A stretch of DNA of 64,000 bases from Raillietiella orientalis (taxonomy: Eukaryota): contig JAYWIR010000006.1 in NCBI GenBank assembly GCA_036172245.1, positions 124,001 through 188,000 of the forward strand, in the 5' to 3' direction. A program made the translations under genes and the position numbers. The notes beneath the pieces were generated by a model. That model was given only the letters and a program-made list of their open reading frames with translations. It had not been told where the DNA came from and made no database searches. Of this stretch, positions 35,331-50,000 are shown in pieces; the first letter of the stretch is position 1, and every line of letters begins with the position of its first letter.

Positions 35331-36184
35331 CATGTATCGTTATGAGAAGAGTTCTGTTATGTCGTTAAAACGTTTGACGTAATATTTGCCGAATTAAGTG
35401 GGATGATTCAAGCGTTTTTTTTTTTTTTCCCCCCCCCCCTCCCTCCCTATGGAACCGAATGATTATTTTTCTGTTAACCAAATACACGCATGTTATATCA
35501 TTTATTATTGTATTCCCTAAATTCCAGTTCAGAACATGGAATGGAAAGCAGCCTATGCTTCCTGTTTTCCGATTACTGAACCACCATCGATTCAAAAAGT
35601 GCTTACATCACTAAGCGACAAGCAGCGTGCGCCACACTTGGTGCTGTGCGCCTATTGCTATTGTTTGTATACAAGACGCCATGTTGTTAGGTGGGGTCGT
35701 ACCTAAATTTCCAATATAAAATTTTCGTGCCCTCGTTTCATATCTACACAATATGCATGTGTTGGAAAAAAAAAAAAATGTGCGAAAAATCTTATTTGCT
35801 CACAATCGGTTGCAAATAAGGTGGGGGGGAGGGATGGGTAGGAAGAGAAAAGAAAATTATTATTATTATTATTATTTTTTTCCTCCCCCCCTTTTTTCCC
35901 CCCCTTTCTTATCGCTTAGCATTTTCCAATTCACCGGGAAGCTTTTCAACGAATGTTCGATGCCTACCCGAATGTGAAGGGAGAATTTTCCGAATTTCAC
36001 CCCCCCGAAACGCAGGGACTACTTTCAGCGCGCGCAGTAAGACGAAAGGGAAAAAAAAAAAAAAAAGATACCCGCGTTAAATAACGACTCTCGCAACAAC
36101 GATTCCAGTCAACGTGAAAACTTTCGCAAGTGTGCGTCCGCCGTGTATGGTTGCATGAGTTCAATACTTGGAAGGTCGCCCGTA

Positions 36185-37204
36185 ATGAGCGCTGACGTCT
36201 GTAACCGTGTCGCATTGAGTGTATCTCCGCGAGCAGGCGCAGAGCAGCCGCCTCTTTGCGAGAAGGCGTGTTTCGCCGCCGAGAGTGCCGAGGTGTGTGC
36301 CACCGCCCTGGACGTCCTGGATAGTGGCATCTCGAACGGTGAAGGCACGTCCACCGGGGTGATCGAGCACCGTGCTAGCAAGCGACGCCGCAAGCGCAAG
36401 CACAAGAAGAAGTGGAAGCCATACGACAAGATGACCTGGGACGAGCGTCAGGAACTGGCCAGGAGGGAAGCGCGCCGGTCGGATCGGCTCCACGCGAGGA
36501 TGCTGGCCAAGGGCAAACCCGTGGCCCCGTACAACACGACCGAGTTCCTCATGGAGGAGCACAGGTCCGAGTACGAGGACGACGTCCTGGAGCAGCTGAA
36601 CTTCGACCACGCCGTCCCGTCGATGGAAGATTCGGACGGGGACTCGTACTACTACGCAGCGTCGGACGAAGAGGAGTTCTTGGCGGAGCAGTTTCGGTCG
36701 GAGTACCAGATCTTGTACGCGGAGCGACTGGAAACTCTGTCCAAGGATGAGCTGGTCGAAGAGTACTTGCAGCTGGAAGAACGCATAGAAGAGATGGATC
36801 GCCTGTTGATGCGCAGATCCCCTGAAACGCAGTCGGACGATTCGGACGGCGAGATGATCCCCGGGGAGATGCGCATGGACCCGGAGACTGCGGAAAAGAT
36901 ACGCATCCTCATCCAAGAAATCGAGAAGCTGACCGAAGAAAACAATCTGTTGAAGGAACGCGCCCCTCCCTGGTGGAACCACCAAGTCATCAACGGTGAC
37001 GACAGTGAAAGTGATACTTCGTACTGCAGCAAGAGCAACTGCAGCTGTGCTTACTGTAGTGGTGGCAACGACAGCCACGATCCCACTAGTGATTCCATCC
37101 TTAGTAGTAATTGCTCGACCTATGCTGATCGGAACCATAGTACGAGCGTCCAAGCAAGTAATGATGATCTCAACGGAGTTGCGATTCCGGATGCGAATAA
37201 GTGA
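36185..37204 (+). CDS. HEXIM: HEXIM P-TEFb inhibitor (7SK-binding), single coding exon
   Basis: Basic tract KRRRKRKHKKKWKPY..TWDER, PVAPYNTTEFLM motif, acidic region, LSKDELVEEYLQLE coiled coil. Confidence 0.93.
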   Translation: MSADVCNRVALSVSPRAGAEQPPLCEKACFAAESAEVCATALDVLDSGISNGEGTSTGVIEHRASKRRRKRKHKKKWKPYDKMTWDERQELARREARRSDRLHARMLAKGKPVAPYNTTEFLMEEHRSEYEDDVLEQLNFDHAVPSMEDSDGDSYYYAASDEEEFLAEQFRSEYQILYAERLETLSKDELVEEYLQLEERIEEMDRLLMRRSPETQSDDSDGEMIPGEMRMDPETAEKIRILIQEIEKLTEENNLLKERAPPWWNHQVINGDDSESDTSYCSKSNCSCAYCSGGNDSHDPTSDSILSSNCSTYADRNHSTSVQASNDDLNGVAIPDANK

Positions 37205-40200
37205 CCAGTGCCCTTGGGGTCGTACTGAGTGAAGGAGGAGAGGACACTCGGTGAAATCACAGAGAGTTCGTTGTGCACGCGAACTTGGAAGTATCAGTTT
37301 GCAGAGATTTTTTTTTTCCTTTTTTTTTTAGTCTAAATTCATATATGTAGAAGGGTGCTAGAACTTTTCATAATCCCCACTATAAACCACGTTATGACGG
37401 CAGTCATACACGAGAACCTGGTTCCAGCATGACTTTCGTGTACCAATCTCACGAATAGCGCATTGCAGAATAGTGTAAGGAGCTTTTTCAGTTTACCGAT
37501 GGTACTGTTTCATAGACGATGTTCCAGAATACATAGATGATATGTAGTGTTCTATTAAAAGTGTGCGAGTACGGAGAGGTGGTACGAGGAAAACTATGAT
37601 TTATTATAGCAAGCGATCCATTTGGAGTTTGTCCTGTGAGAGTGAGTGAGTGAGTGCGTGTGTTTGTGTGTATGTGTGTGTGTGTTTTCCCCCTTCCTGC
37701 AACTTTTTCATTAAAGAGTTATCTTGTTATGCCTAAATTGTGTGAGTTTCTCAAGCTTGTTGGAAACAAAAAAAACAAAAAAACCACGGTAGAAGTCGTG
37801 CTAGTGACCAAAGCTCGTGACGACTCCGCAGAGGTCGGATCAGAACGTGTCACAAACATCCCTGTGAAAAACGTGTTGCTTGAAAAAAAAAAAAAAAAAA
37901 AAGAAAAAACGATGTGATTGGAAAATGTGCTCTGTCATACGATTCGGACGTTTTTTCGGAAACTCCGTTTCCGTAGAAGTAAGGCAAAAGTGTTTCGAGG
38001 GTGAAGAAAGGGAAGCGAGAGCGGCGGCAGCCTGGCTCGCGTGCTGCCGTGTGGATGACCGATTTCCGTGGATGTGGACTGTCCACTCAGCTCGTTTGTG
38101 GATGGCGGAAAGTGGCAGTTTCCTCCAAGATAACATGTGCTAGTCAGAATTGCCAGCTTTGCAAAGCTTTTTCGAAATTTCGTCGCTGCAAAATGCATTT
38201 CGCTGTTTTTTTTTTTTTTTTTTTTTTTTATTCCGATATGCCCAATCAAATGCATTTTGTAAGTAGAATGTAAATTCGTACAATTTTCCGGAAGAGTTCT
38301 AATAAAAGGAGAAAAGTTTTTAATCGACCAAGCTTTTATTACTAGAAACGGTGGTCGCCGATGCGGCGATAAGCGGCTGACCAGGTCACCAAACTCTCTC
38401 CTCGTGCACGTCGTCGGCAAAGGCACCAAACACCGCAGTCCACGTGTGCACGTGTTTTCGAACGCAGGTCACTTCACAATGCATCATCCCAAGTCGCATC
38501 CGTCTTCTTCTGCCCTTGCGGTCTTCGTGCTTGTGTCCTTTAGAACAGATGGAGCGTCCAAACCGTGGGATCTGGAGGTTCTTTCCACTCCAAGTGGAAT
38601 TAAGCTTCTTGGCCTTTTGTTTGTTGGTGTCCTCGAAACTTCTCGATCGACTTGGTGTTTCCAAGAAACAGTACGGCAAACGTTCGAAAGATTCCATGGT
38701 TGCTCTCTTGGCTGCGGCTGTTCAACTTTCCAACCACTCACTGCACGAACAAACCAGGCGTGCCACCAGCTGTTTCGTGTTTGATAACACATAAGGCAGC
38801 ATCATAAAAAAGGTATAATTGCATATGAAGGAACCTTCTCTCATCTACATTTGAGAGAACATGGGCACTTTTTAAGCTTCGTTCAAAGGACGTGTGCCGA
38901 TTTCGCTTCTGTTGCGTAGAGCAAATTCATTGACGTTTAGGGATTGTAGTGTTCCAGAAAATGATTCTCTGATACCTGCACTTCCTCCTGTTTCCGCAGA
39001 TCAATTCTAAAAACGAAGGTTCCGCTAACCTTTTTTTTTTTTAAAAAAAAAAAAGAGAGAAAAGAGAAAAGAAATCGTCTGTTAAGAGTGACTGCATGGG
39101 TACTTTGGGACAGTAAGGTGTTTCCACGGAGTAGTTCGCCTCAATTTATTATCTTAGATTCGCGTCCAAAACCCTCCAAGCAGAGAGGGAGACGGTGCTG
39201 AACACAGGCGGTTTCTTGACTTTGTCGAAATGGTCGATCCCATTTTATATTCGGGTATCTGCATATAAAATGAAAAGGTATCAAGAAATGCAAGCTTTAA
39301 ATCCACGTATGTGACTGATTTTCCAATGTCTTCACTTTTTTTTTTTTAGCAGGGAGGATCGGCATCAAAGCAGCGTTTCATTTGCAAATGAAAATAAAAA
39401 GTTTGCCTGAGAAGATGCCTGTCGGTGTTAGGGGCGTGTTAAAAATGGAAAGAATTTTGATGTGTTCCTCTAGAAGCGTAAAATCTAATTTAAAGCCAAG
39501 AGTAATGGTTGTATATGGGCCAGTAGCGCATGATGGAGATCATATTTGATGATGGACACGGTTTGAACAGATTTTCCAAGGAAGTCTTTCGGTGCTCGGA
39601 GGGCACGTATAAATATGGGCAGTCCCGAAAGTCACATGAATCCAGTTGCAAGGATTCAAAAAATATTCGGGGAAACTTTCAATTCCTCAAAAATAATGAG
39701 AATCGAATATCTCAGCTTTACGCATGCGCGCTCGCAGCATCCCCCGATCGTTGTTGTTGCTGTTGTTTTTTTCTCCGATTTTTTACACCATCAAGATGAA
39801 AGTGATCCCCCGAGATGAATTCATGTGTTTGTTTGTTTTCATGTATTAGCGAAGGACTTATCCTCCAGTTACCACAAATGCTCTACCCTACTGCAAGAGC
39901 AGCTCATCCTACCACAGTGCCATAGCATGCATTGGTCATCAGTAATTGCTTCAAGTGTTCGTGTACATTTAAGTGTTCCTTCGCTTTCGATGGTAGTCGC
40001 AAACGTACGGTTGCTTAGTCAGATTGATGTAGTGACGGCTAGCGAAATTTTGCCACGTAAGTTTTTGTGCGTGATGGTTTTTCAGAGTGCTTCCTGGACC
40101 CTAGGAAAGGAATTTTTTGTTCGAAGCCTAATTTAGTGTGAAGTTCCAGATGATGAAGTACACTGAGTGTTTTTTTTTTTTTTTTTCCCCTCCAAATCAA

Positions 40201-40807
40201 GCACTTGTTTTTTGTTTTGTGATTTTGCGGTCTTTCCTGATATCGAAAACCCATGATTAGCTGAAGGCATCCCATGGAAGAATCGAGGTGGTTTCATAGT
40301 TGTTTTTGTTGGTTGCCCAAACCTCTGTGTACCTCCCAGATGGCAAGTGAATAATTTGCGCTTTCCATTTTCCTTTGCTTTGTATCGGTACTCGGCCATT
40401 TCTCTTGCCGACTTTTTTTTTCCTCATATCTCAGAAATCCCTATGGCCACCTTTCCCTTCTCCCTCCCACGGCACCGGAGTGAGAGACGGTTATTGCTCT
40501 ACGAAGAAGCAAAATCGGAGGCAGTGCGCGGAATTGAGTGATTGCGTTGTTTATTTGTGGTGGTTGTGAAATTTACGAATGTATACATTTTCTTTTCTCT
40601 ACCCATCCAGCGATAACCACGGGGTCAGTTTTGTTCCCGCAGTTTCCGTGAACGTACGCAAACATGCCTACACGCTTGGCGTCGAGAGTGTATATATCTT
40701 CGTCTCCTGCGTCCAACGGAGGAGGTTTCCCGATTTTGGGGATCTTGCTCTTTCGTGGCGGCTCACCATCTTCTAGGATGCATCCGTGATCTGTCGTGTG
40801 TGGGGCC

Positions 40808-40830
40808 ACACACACACACACACACACACA
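40808..40830. repeat. (CA)n microsatellite
   Basis: About 11 CA units. Confidence 0.9.
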
Positions 40831-42549
40831 GTGTTCTTGTCTGGAGGGAGGGACGGGGGGGAGGTTGCTTTCTTGGACAGTAGATGAAAATGCAAGTCGC
40901 CATGGTCAGGGTCCAGCAAATCGTTTGGCAGGGAATGCATCCATGCAAGCGAGTTTTTTTTTTTTTTTTTCTTTTCTTTCTGGATGTACATCTTCCCTGA
41001 TGGACTTCCTAGGTGAGCTTCTTTGGCAACCAAGATCTTTCAACCAACCAAGCCGCGGAACTGGAGGCTCCGCAGCAACAGGAGTTTCGTTTAATGGCCT
41101 GTTGCTGGGTGATGCGAGCAAATTTCGCAGTCGAGCAAAAAGAAAGCAGAGGCTCGCATGCGTTGGCTTGGGGATTCAGCCTCGGATCAGTCACGGTACT
41201 TTTGCGTGGTGATCAGAGATTTGGAAGCCCTGGGTCGGCTTTTTATGAGGTGCTTCTGGTCGTTGCATCTGCACCCTGAATAGTGGAAGGTTCACGTTCG
41301 AATGGCGATGTACAAACGTGGAACACCCTCGTTTCTTTTTTTCCCCTCTCTTTTCAAAAAAAAAAAAAAGAGGAATTCAAAAGTTTCCTTATCTTGATTT
41401 GCTTCTTTTTCATGAAAAAAAAAAAAATATATTTGCATGTGTGTATGCGTTGTGTTTTGTTCATACGTGTTTTTGCTCAGACGTTACGATATGCATTGAT
41501 TCATTTTACTTTCTGTTTGAATTCAGCTTTCTGGAGATTTTTTTTTTTTTGCGAGAAACGTGAAAAGCGCGCGATTCATTCAGATCATCTCCGTTTTTTG
41601 CTCGAATTTGCGACTTTTTATTCCCGCATTCCGGAGGAGGCTCTGAGAGTCTTTTTTTTTTTTTTTTTGCTGTTGTTTTGGAACCGCTGGCCATTTCGAA
41701 GGAACTTCCCGGTTCCTCTATCCAGCTTTCATGCTAACTATGTACCCTATGTGATAAGCCCTTGTGATTCTCTTAACCATAAGCATGTTTATGTATATGC
41801 GCACACACAGATGCGCTGGGCTGGTGGCTGTGCACTTGCTACGAGTGTTTTCTTGGTTATTCTCGAGGGGATAAATGGCTTCATTGTTTTTTGTTTTTTT
41901 TTTTCTTTCCACACCGACCTCAGTTTTGTTTTCAGTGTGCTTTTCTCTTCCAGTCCTCGTTCGTTCCTGCAAACTCCAAATCGGAATTTCAGTCGTTGCC
42001 GTCAATTACATCGTATGGCTTCTCACCGACGTCTCACCGATTATTTGTCACTTCACATCCTTTTTTTCCCCTTCTTTTTTGGCAGGGACGCTTCTCCTTT
42101 TCTCTTGATTGAAAATTATCTCCTTTTTTTTGTGAGGGTGACATCCTTCCTTTCGGTCCCATAGGCCTGCCTCCGCATGCATGCAGCTGCTTTCCGCGGC
42201 TAATGCGTCGCTCGTCGAATTCACGGCGTATCGCTTGTCTCCTGTTTTTTTTTTTTTTTTTGCTCCTTCTTGTATTTTACTCCTGCTACCTTGTTTGCTT
42301 CTCTACGGGAGCTGCCGAGGATCCTGCTTTCCGAATCTCCAGCGCTCTCGGTTTTAAAAATGGAAGCATCCAAGTTCTCCTTTTCGTGTCGGAAGAAACA
42401 CCTCACCTAGGCGGCGGTCAGTGCAGGTGGCCACTGCTGGCGTGTCGTCTGCCAGTGCTGCAAAGCGGTGCACTTAATCTTCCTCCTCCTTCTTCTCGCT
42501 TTCGTTTTTGATCACGCGTTCTTGCGAAAGGCGAAATCGCCCCTTTTCT

Positions 42550-45500
42550 CCTTTTCACTTCCTCCTACCGTGGAACGTGCGGGAGCTCAGGAACACGCCG
42601 CCTGGGTTTCCGTTGCGGCTGGGGTTGCCTGTGTCCCAGTCTTGTCCGTGAGAGCTGCTGAAGGCTTTGGTCCCACGACCCAAGCAAGAGCGATTTCTCG
42701 GCCTCATTCAAGGGTGCATCCGCCTGCCAGGTTGTTCCTGCTCCCTCCGCGGACGAGAGATATCTGGGGCGCATGGCTCAACCTCCCGTTTCCCTGAACT
42801 TCGTATCAGCCCTGTCCTTGTGACCTTGCGCGCCTGGCGTCCCCTCCCAAAGGTCGATTTCCGTGTTCGTCAGCAATAGCAGTTGCCTCACCCGGAATGC
42901 GCTGCCACCCTCGCTTCAACAGTTTTATCCCTGCAGAAATTCTCCAGGGAGGATGTTTGCATTTGCCCGTTTTCCCCCTTCCCTTCCTTCCTCCGGGTTG
43001 GCCCTCATCCGATCTTGTTTGTCCCTCCAGCTGGAAAGGGAGACGTAAGCTCTGTACACATCGTGCTCTTTTTCATCACAGATGCCCAAGCGAGCGGCCG
43101 TTGCAGGAAGCATCTCGCCACGATGCTGGCACCATTGAGGGAAGAGACACGTCGAGCTGGACTGGCAGACGAACGCAGGAGGAGAGAGACTTTGAGCGTA
43201 GGGAGCCTTCCACAGGGAGGATTGACCAGGACTCACCGAACCCCGATCGTGAAGCAGGACGCTACGTGAACGGCGCTCTTTTTCCCGGGATCGTCTCTCC
43301 CCGTGGAAGGCTGCTGTTGGTCGCCTTCGTCGGAGCCGGTGGACCGAAAAAGCGCGCGCGGGCACTATCGTCTTTGACCCGTCTAACCCCGAGATCCTTT
43401 CCGTCTCAGGGAGGGCCACTCGTTCTCGCGGCAGTTCTCCTGGGCAACCGCGCCTCCGTCGACTCCTCCTGGATAATTTGCAGGCCGTCCGTCTTTTGTT
43501 TTCTTGCGCGTTTCTCTTTTTATGGGCGACAACGTCCGTTGCGTTTTGCAGCGGCACGCACGACGCGGAAATCCGATCTCACTGCGGATGCTGGGGTTTG
43601 CTATCTTTCCCGATCCAGCCGGCGGCGTCGATGGCTTCCGCGACGACAACGCGTCCTCTCCTCCCCAGCTGGGACCACTTCGACGCTGCCGGCTTTTTTG
43701 GTGACGCTTTGACCGAGGATGGATCGAGCCTCCCAGCTCCCGGGCGCGCAGAGCTCGCCCTGGAAGGAGTGTGGGAGGGGGTCTTCGCCTCCCCCACGCT
43801 CCTTCCGGGTCGTTCGCGTCACAGTTGCCTCAGCAGCACCTCCCTTCTCCTTTTCTTCGGCAGGATTGTCCCGTTGCCGCCACCACGGCTGAGAGCACGG
43901 TGGAACCGCCGGCTTCTTCATCGACAGGGCTCGGAGGAAACTGCCCGGCCTCCTGGACCCCGGGTCAGGTTGAGCAGGCCGATGAATCTTTGCTGCGAGC
44001 TCCCTCGCTCCGCGGAGCACTGCAGTGGGCATGTCGCACTCTCTCCCTCCTCGTCTCTTTTGGTCTCCGTTTCCGTGGAGTGGCTCCGAGGGTCTCGTCG
44101 CCGTTGCCAAGCACGGGAAAGGCCTCTGCTTCGCCGCTCTCCTCCTCGCAACCGTTCGCTCGCTTCCGGAATGCCAAGCGCGACGTGACCTTCCCGGGAA
44201 AGGAAGGTCACCCGCAGAAAATCGCCCGCAACTGAAAAAACGGGAAACGGGAGGCACCGTAGAAAGGTTGGGCGAGGTCGTCAACCTACTTCAGGATCGA
44301 GATGCTCGTCTCTCGATCCAGCTTGGAAGTCCTCCTCACCGCTAGGCCGCGGCGTGGAGCTTCGCCGCCCTCACTCTCCCGTCGCTTCATCCGTCCCCGA
44401 GCCTCTTCAGAGGGTTCGTTTGGCCTTGCATGAACCGACGCACCTTCGCACTTCCCTCCACGGACCCTGCTCCAGCTCCTGTCACTGACGCCTTGGCCGG
44501 CAATGGAGGGCGTGCAGTCTTATCGGTTCGAACGGTCCTGCACGCTCTGTTCTGTTGCGCGACGAACGAGGTGTCTCAGAGATGAGTGGCATGGAGGAGG
44601 AGCGCGGTTTGGTATCCCAGCCGCAGGAAAAGCAGACGAAGACGAGAGGGTTTGGAAAGGGGGGGTGGCACTTCGTGTCCGCGGCAATTCACGTCCCTCT
44701 TCCCCCTAACCAACTGCCTTTTCTTCCCACTTCCGGCAGCCTCCTTGGAGATGGGAAGAGGGGAGAAAGGGAGGAAAAAAAGAAGAAAAAAACGGGCACT
44801 CCGATGTTTCCCTGCCCCAAACAGCGTCCACAGGTCCTTCCCGTTCGGGGATCCCTCCAGGAGATTTCATTCTCTTTCTGCTCCCCGAGGTTTGGGGGAT
44901 TCCTCTCTCCCCAGTTGAACTCCGTCGCTAGCCGACTGGGTCCTGCAGTTCAGTCTGCGGACACCTGCGACATAACGTGCCGCTCCCTTGCCCCGCGATA
45001 TCTGCATCCTTCCGAAGGTCAGTGTGCACGCGCCTCCTTTCCTCGTATCACGCATCCCGCTGCCCTGCCCAGGATCACCAGACTGCCGCGAGGAAGAGCG
45101 GGCCTTCGGCTCCTGGTTTCCAGTGCCAGCAATCAAGCGATGCGCGGTTGTTGCCTAGAGGTGACAGGCGACGGTGCGAGCTGCCAATGCTCTTCCAGCG
45201 GGTTCGCTTGCGGAAGAGCTGCGGGAGCCCCGACGGAAGCTGCTCGGTGCAGTCGGGACCCGAGAAGAGGAGGAGACTCCGGCTTCCCTGGATTCGTATG
45301 GCTTCTACTTCCTCCCTCGGTATTGCATGGCATCGTCGGTCTCTGCAAGCGTGCATCGTGGTAAAAAAACAAAACAAAAACAAACAAACAAACAAACAAA
45401 GTCCGCTTTCGCTTGACCATGTGTTTGCCCTTCTCCTCATGCGGACGAGGGCCATCAAGCATCTGCCTTGCGCCCGACACGCAGTTGCAAGCACCAAGAC

Positions 45501-47000
45501 GACCGAACCCCAGGCGGCTCCGATGATTCTGGTGAATTGACCTGACTGCAATGCGACCCAGGCAAAGTGTGCAGGTTCCAGCTCGATTCTCGAGCTTGTG
45601 CTCTGTGGTTACCCTGTGGCTCCACCAGTGGGTTAGCTGCTTCCTGTTCGATCGCACCTCCGATCGCACCGGGGGTACCATTAAGGCACCCCCAGTGGGG
45701 GGAGTACTCTTCGTGTTCCCGCCTTTTTCCTCCACCTACCGTGGACCCTTCCGCAACCCAAAAAGTCCGAGTGCCTAAGGGCAGTTACTCCCTTCCTCCC
45801 GAACTCGAGCTCCCCAGCGTCATCAGGTCGGTCTTCTCAAGTCGCCCCGAGGAGCTTGAGTTTCCGTTCCCTAGGAAACAAAATCTGCTCACGCCCACAT
45901 GCTCCTCGAGGGAAACCTCGAGCGTTTTCCGAAAAACAAGTGCTACTCTCCTGCACCTACTGGCTAGCTTGTGTTCTCGTCACGAGTCTTCTTGCCTTTG
46001 TGCCACTTGTCTTCTTGCGATTGGCAAGACACGGAGAGTGATCTTATCTGCGCCTCTTCCTGGGATGTATCCTTTGAGGGGCGCATGGAAGTGCCTTAGT
46101 AGGATCTCATGTGAAGGAAGTGTGACTCTTCGTCATTCTGGGATGACAAATCGGTTCCTCAAGGGGAGTGGGTTCAGATGTTTGCCCATCTTGCGTTGCG
46201 TTCCTTTAAGCGTCATCCTTACTGTCCAGTCAGTGCACGACCAGATGGCATGGCAACGGAATGAGCAAAGAACGGAGATGTGAGGTCTTGGCTCATCAGA
46301 ATTGGTTGCTTCCGCAGTTGAAGTGCCCAGCCCACGGAAGAGGGAAAGCGAAGTTAAAAGGAAGTGAAGAACGGGTTCCTGTGGAACCTCCAAGAACGAA
46401 GAAGTCAGGAGATTGGAGTTCGCGACAGAAAGGAGAAAAGCTTCGTGGGATGGGCGTCGCATCTTCCTTTCTCAAAGATGTCCAACCTTTCGGCGCTCAC
46501 ATTTCCGGAAGTTGCATCATGCTCGCATCCCTTCAAAGAAAGCGACTGCAGATGAAGACTTCCCTCTTTTGGCTCTTTGTGGTGATGCCATCCGTATCCT
46601 TCGTCGCGTGACCTATGGAACGAAGAAGCAGAGCGCTCCGCTGGGAAGACTCTTCATGTCATCCGTGCACAAGGATGCTTCTCTCGTTTTCAGGGGAGAC
46701 GATTTTCAGGAAAGAGAAGCAGGAGAAAAGCTAATTCGTTGACCGTCTTGATCGAGCCAGTCCACTACTTTGATTTTCTCTCTCTCTCTCAAATTAATGT
46801 ATTGCTTGTACCGTAAGATGGCGATTTCTTGTCATCCCGGAGGTCAAGGGTTCTCAACAACTTTGCTCTTACTCTGCTCCATTCCAAGGCTTATGATTAC
46901 GAAAAGACAGGATAGGAGAATCCGCAGCGTAGGAGGAGAGCTAGGAACAGCGTTTGTGCTAGCTTAGGTGGAGGAAGTTTTGTTGATAATGGAATCAGCG
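42550..47000 (+). mobile_element. Highly degenerate GC-rich LINE-like remnant
   Basis: ORF1-like LFPGIVSPRGRLLLVAFVG (compare RFVGQ near 12550), GDF-like remnant near 44860, weak RT-like remnants 45600-46500; no intact motif. Confidence 0.4.
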
Positions 47001-50000
47001 GTTGTATTTCGTGAGCGTCTCCACCCGCCTCATTCTACATGTCAGAGAACTTGGTTATCTAGTATTCCAAGAAAATGTGTCTCTATGCTACGGAGCAGTG
47101 ACACCGGAGCAGGGTAGGAATAGCATCAACAACAGTGACCTCGTGGTACTGGATTACCATCAGTGTATGAGTGTTTAGGACAATGGTATAAGCTGGGAAG
47201 GTTTCCATTGACACCCTCAGGCGTAGACCTGGGGGCTTTCGCGTGTGGCATCCTATCCGAAAAGATGACCAAACTGAGCAATGACGTACGCAGCATGTGG
47301 ACCGCTGTTGTCCGCCAAGCATCCGGGAGAATGCAAGTGCATTCGATATTTGGGGATTGCCGAACCCCTAGCAACAATCGCGGGATTTCCCCTCTGGGGC
47401 GCCAACTTACCACTGGGGTACGGTTGCTCGAGACAAGGGAAGGTGGCGTTCCTTCACGGACAAGCATCCAGATCAGGGAAAAACCACCTTCCGTATTCCA
47501 TGCACGCTGCTCGGTTCAAATCCCGCGCGAGCCGAGTCCGCAATAAGTGCGATGCGGATCGAGTGGGCACGACAGGAGGTGCTCGACACGGGTAGTCCTT
47601 GAAACGCGCATCCTCAATCCTTGCGTGCAAAATTCCAGGTTTCCTTGCATAGCGACACGACAACGGTCCGTTTCACCGAGGAAGTAACTCAAGGAAACGG
47701 GAGCTGGTGGCCTCCAGCCAACCGGGAGGCGTCTTGAAGACCTACCATGCTCCAGAACTAGAGCCGAATCCCCGCTTGAAAGAGCAGCCACAGCACTGGG
47801 AGAAACGCAGAAAAGAGCAAAAGATACCAAACACAGAAAGACCTCCCATGTTCTCCAACAGATGAGTATGGCTTTGGCAGAACCCCGGAGACTTTGAAGC
47901 CTAAGAAGTGGTAAGAGAACTGCGGGATCCCTCGCAAACAGGAAGAAGAGGACAGTGTGTTTCACTCTTTCAGCATTTTGCTGTTCGAATCCACGAGGCG
48001 CTCTCTCGTTCATGCGGGCGCTCTACTGGAGTTCGAGAGAGGAGTTAGTCCTCGATACTGGCTCCCCTGTTCGATGTCTTCTGGTAACGTTGCTGAAGGC
48101 TCACAGCGGTAAGAGACGTCCAAGATGATTGCGCTCCCGTGGCCCGGAAGCACCAATCTCGCCACAGCTTCGAATGTGTTCCCAGCGCAGATTGATCGGA
48201 GATACCAGCTCTCAAAGCTGCTTGTGAATTTTTTGCTTCAAATCTAGCTATCCTCCCCCCCCTTCCCTCCCTCCTTCATTGCTGTCGTAGTTTTGATTTC
48301 CGTGTTTCTCTTTTGTTGGTTGATGAGTCAATGAATAGACGATTGATAGACTCGCCAATTTTTCATTTTTCCGTTTCAACGGACGTTTCCGTATTACTGT
48401 TTCAAGTAGTTCACGAGTGTCATGTTGTGCTCGTGCTTCGAAGCTGACCTTCACAGGAGATGCTCTTTGTCTTATGTTTCTTCAGTCTTCGTCTGTTATC
48501 AGCAAGTCTTACAGACACAGACAGCTGCGATGAGGTGCTCAATGGAGAGAAGAGCACCCAAAGAATCACGTTCCCAATCAAGGTCATCCCAAATTCAAAT
48601 GAGATCGAAAGCTACACGACTAAAGCAAACAAGCAAAAAATGAACTACAAAACGAAAGCAAAAAAGCACAAATGTATATGCACGGAAAACCTGACTGGAC
48701 ATAAAACAACCGAAGCGAGCTGCGTATAACCCAAGAACAGTGCGACTGCTGACAGATTTATGATATACTCTGAACCTATCACGGAAACAAAAATTATGGA
48801 ACTGAAAATTATCTTGGAAATGCTACCCTGACTGTTTATGATGGAATTCTGGGCCAAATTTGCCAAATTCTGGACAGCCATCTTTGTCTTGCATCCAGCT
48901 TGTAAGCTGTTTTTAGTCATGCTCAGAAAAAGAAGGGGTTGTGTGAAACCAGAGATCGCCCCTCTTTCGGTGAAGCTCTTCTACGTGTATTTCATGGAAG
49001 AGAATTCACGTAAGTTCATATCAAATGGTGACTGGAATGCATAAAGAAAATTTCCGTCTTTTCCTCTTCTCACAAATAGGGGCTTGCAATTTGGTAACAA
49101 ATGGATCAAAACTAAAAGCTTCTGCTTGTTTACCTTTTACAGATGCAACAACTTGAATGTAATACAAAAAATCAGTTTTTCTGCTTTGACTTGCCAATTT
49201 TCTTCAAAGCAATGCACTCAAAACACGGGCAAAATGGGTGAACTCACTACTTTTCGCAAGCAGAATAAGCAATGTATTGAGAGATTCGACATGAAAAAAA
49301 AGAGCCGTTTTTGCATATGCTCCGCAATATTTCGGAGCAGAATTCCAGAAAGCTTTTAGAATGCATTCTTTGGAGTTTGGAGATGACAAACATTAAGGAA
49401 CTATGGGGAGGGGGGGGGGGGGAATGCATCACATGGATGGAACAAAAAATTCATAACCGATAAACACAAAAAACGACAAACACTGAGCAAATATCAGTAT
49501 ATGGCTTGCATAGACGATAACTGTGAACGAGGCAACTAGGACTTTACACTCTTTCTTTCAAAGCAAGTGAGTTCGAGGTGCGAATTCAAGCAGATAAACA
49601 TGAGAAAATTCTCGCACCATAGTTGCACACTTTTTATGGAACCCCTGCTTAAACATTTCACAATCGAATTTTTCGACCAAGATGTGATTGCATCAGCAAG
49701 GCTGTGGTAAACACACTTATTCATGATCCCCTTAGACAAACATTAGGAAGTGTCGCATATGTGTCCCCAAAAAAGATTTGATAAATACACTTGCACTAAT
49801 TTTAGCACAAGTATGCACAAATCCAAAATCCATCAAAATGTGTCCCTTGTACTGCAAACAATTTTTTTCGAACTGATTTTATGAACAAGAAGTACCCACT
49901 TCATAATTTGAGTTTTGGAACCCCATGATAGCATCCACTGTCGCAAACCGAGTGCTACGCAACTCACGAACACAAACACGTTTGGGAATACATATCTCCA

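Noticed and set aside
36161..37153. 330-aa minus-strand ORF
   Set aside because: Antisense shadow of the GC3-rich HEXIM CDS
41283..42164. 293-aa Phe-rich ORF
   Set aside because: Produced by poly-T low-complexity DNA; no domain features
42860..48100. Many overlapping ORFs up to 271 aa
   Set aside because: GC-rich decayed repeat DNA; none resembles an intact protein
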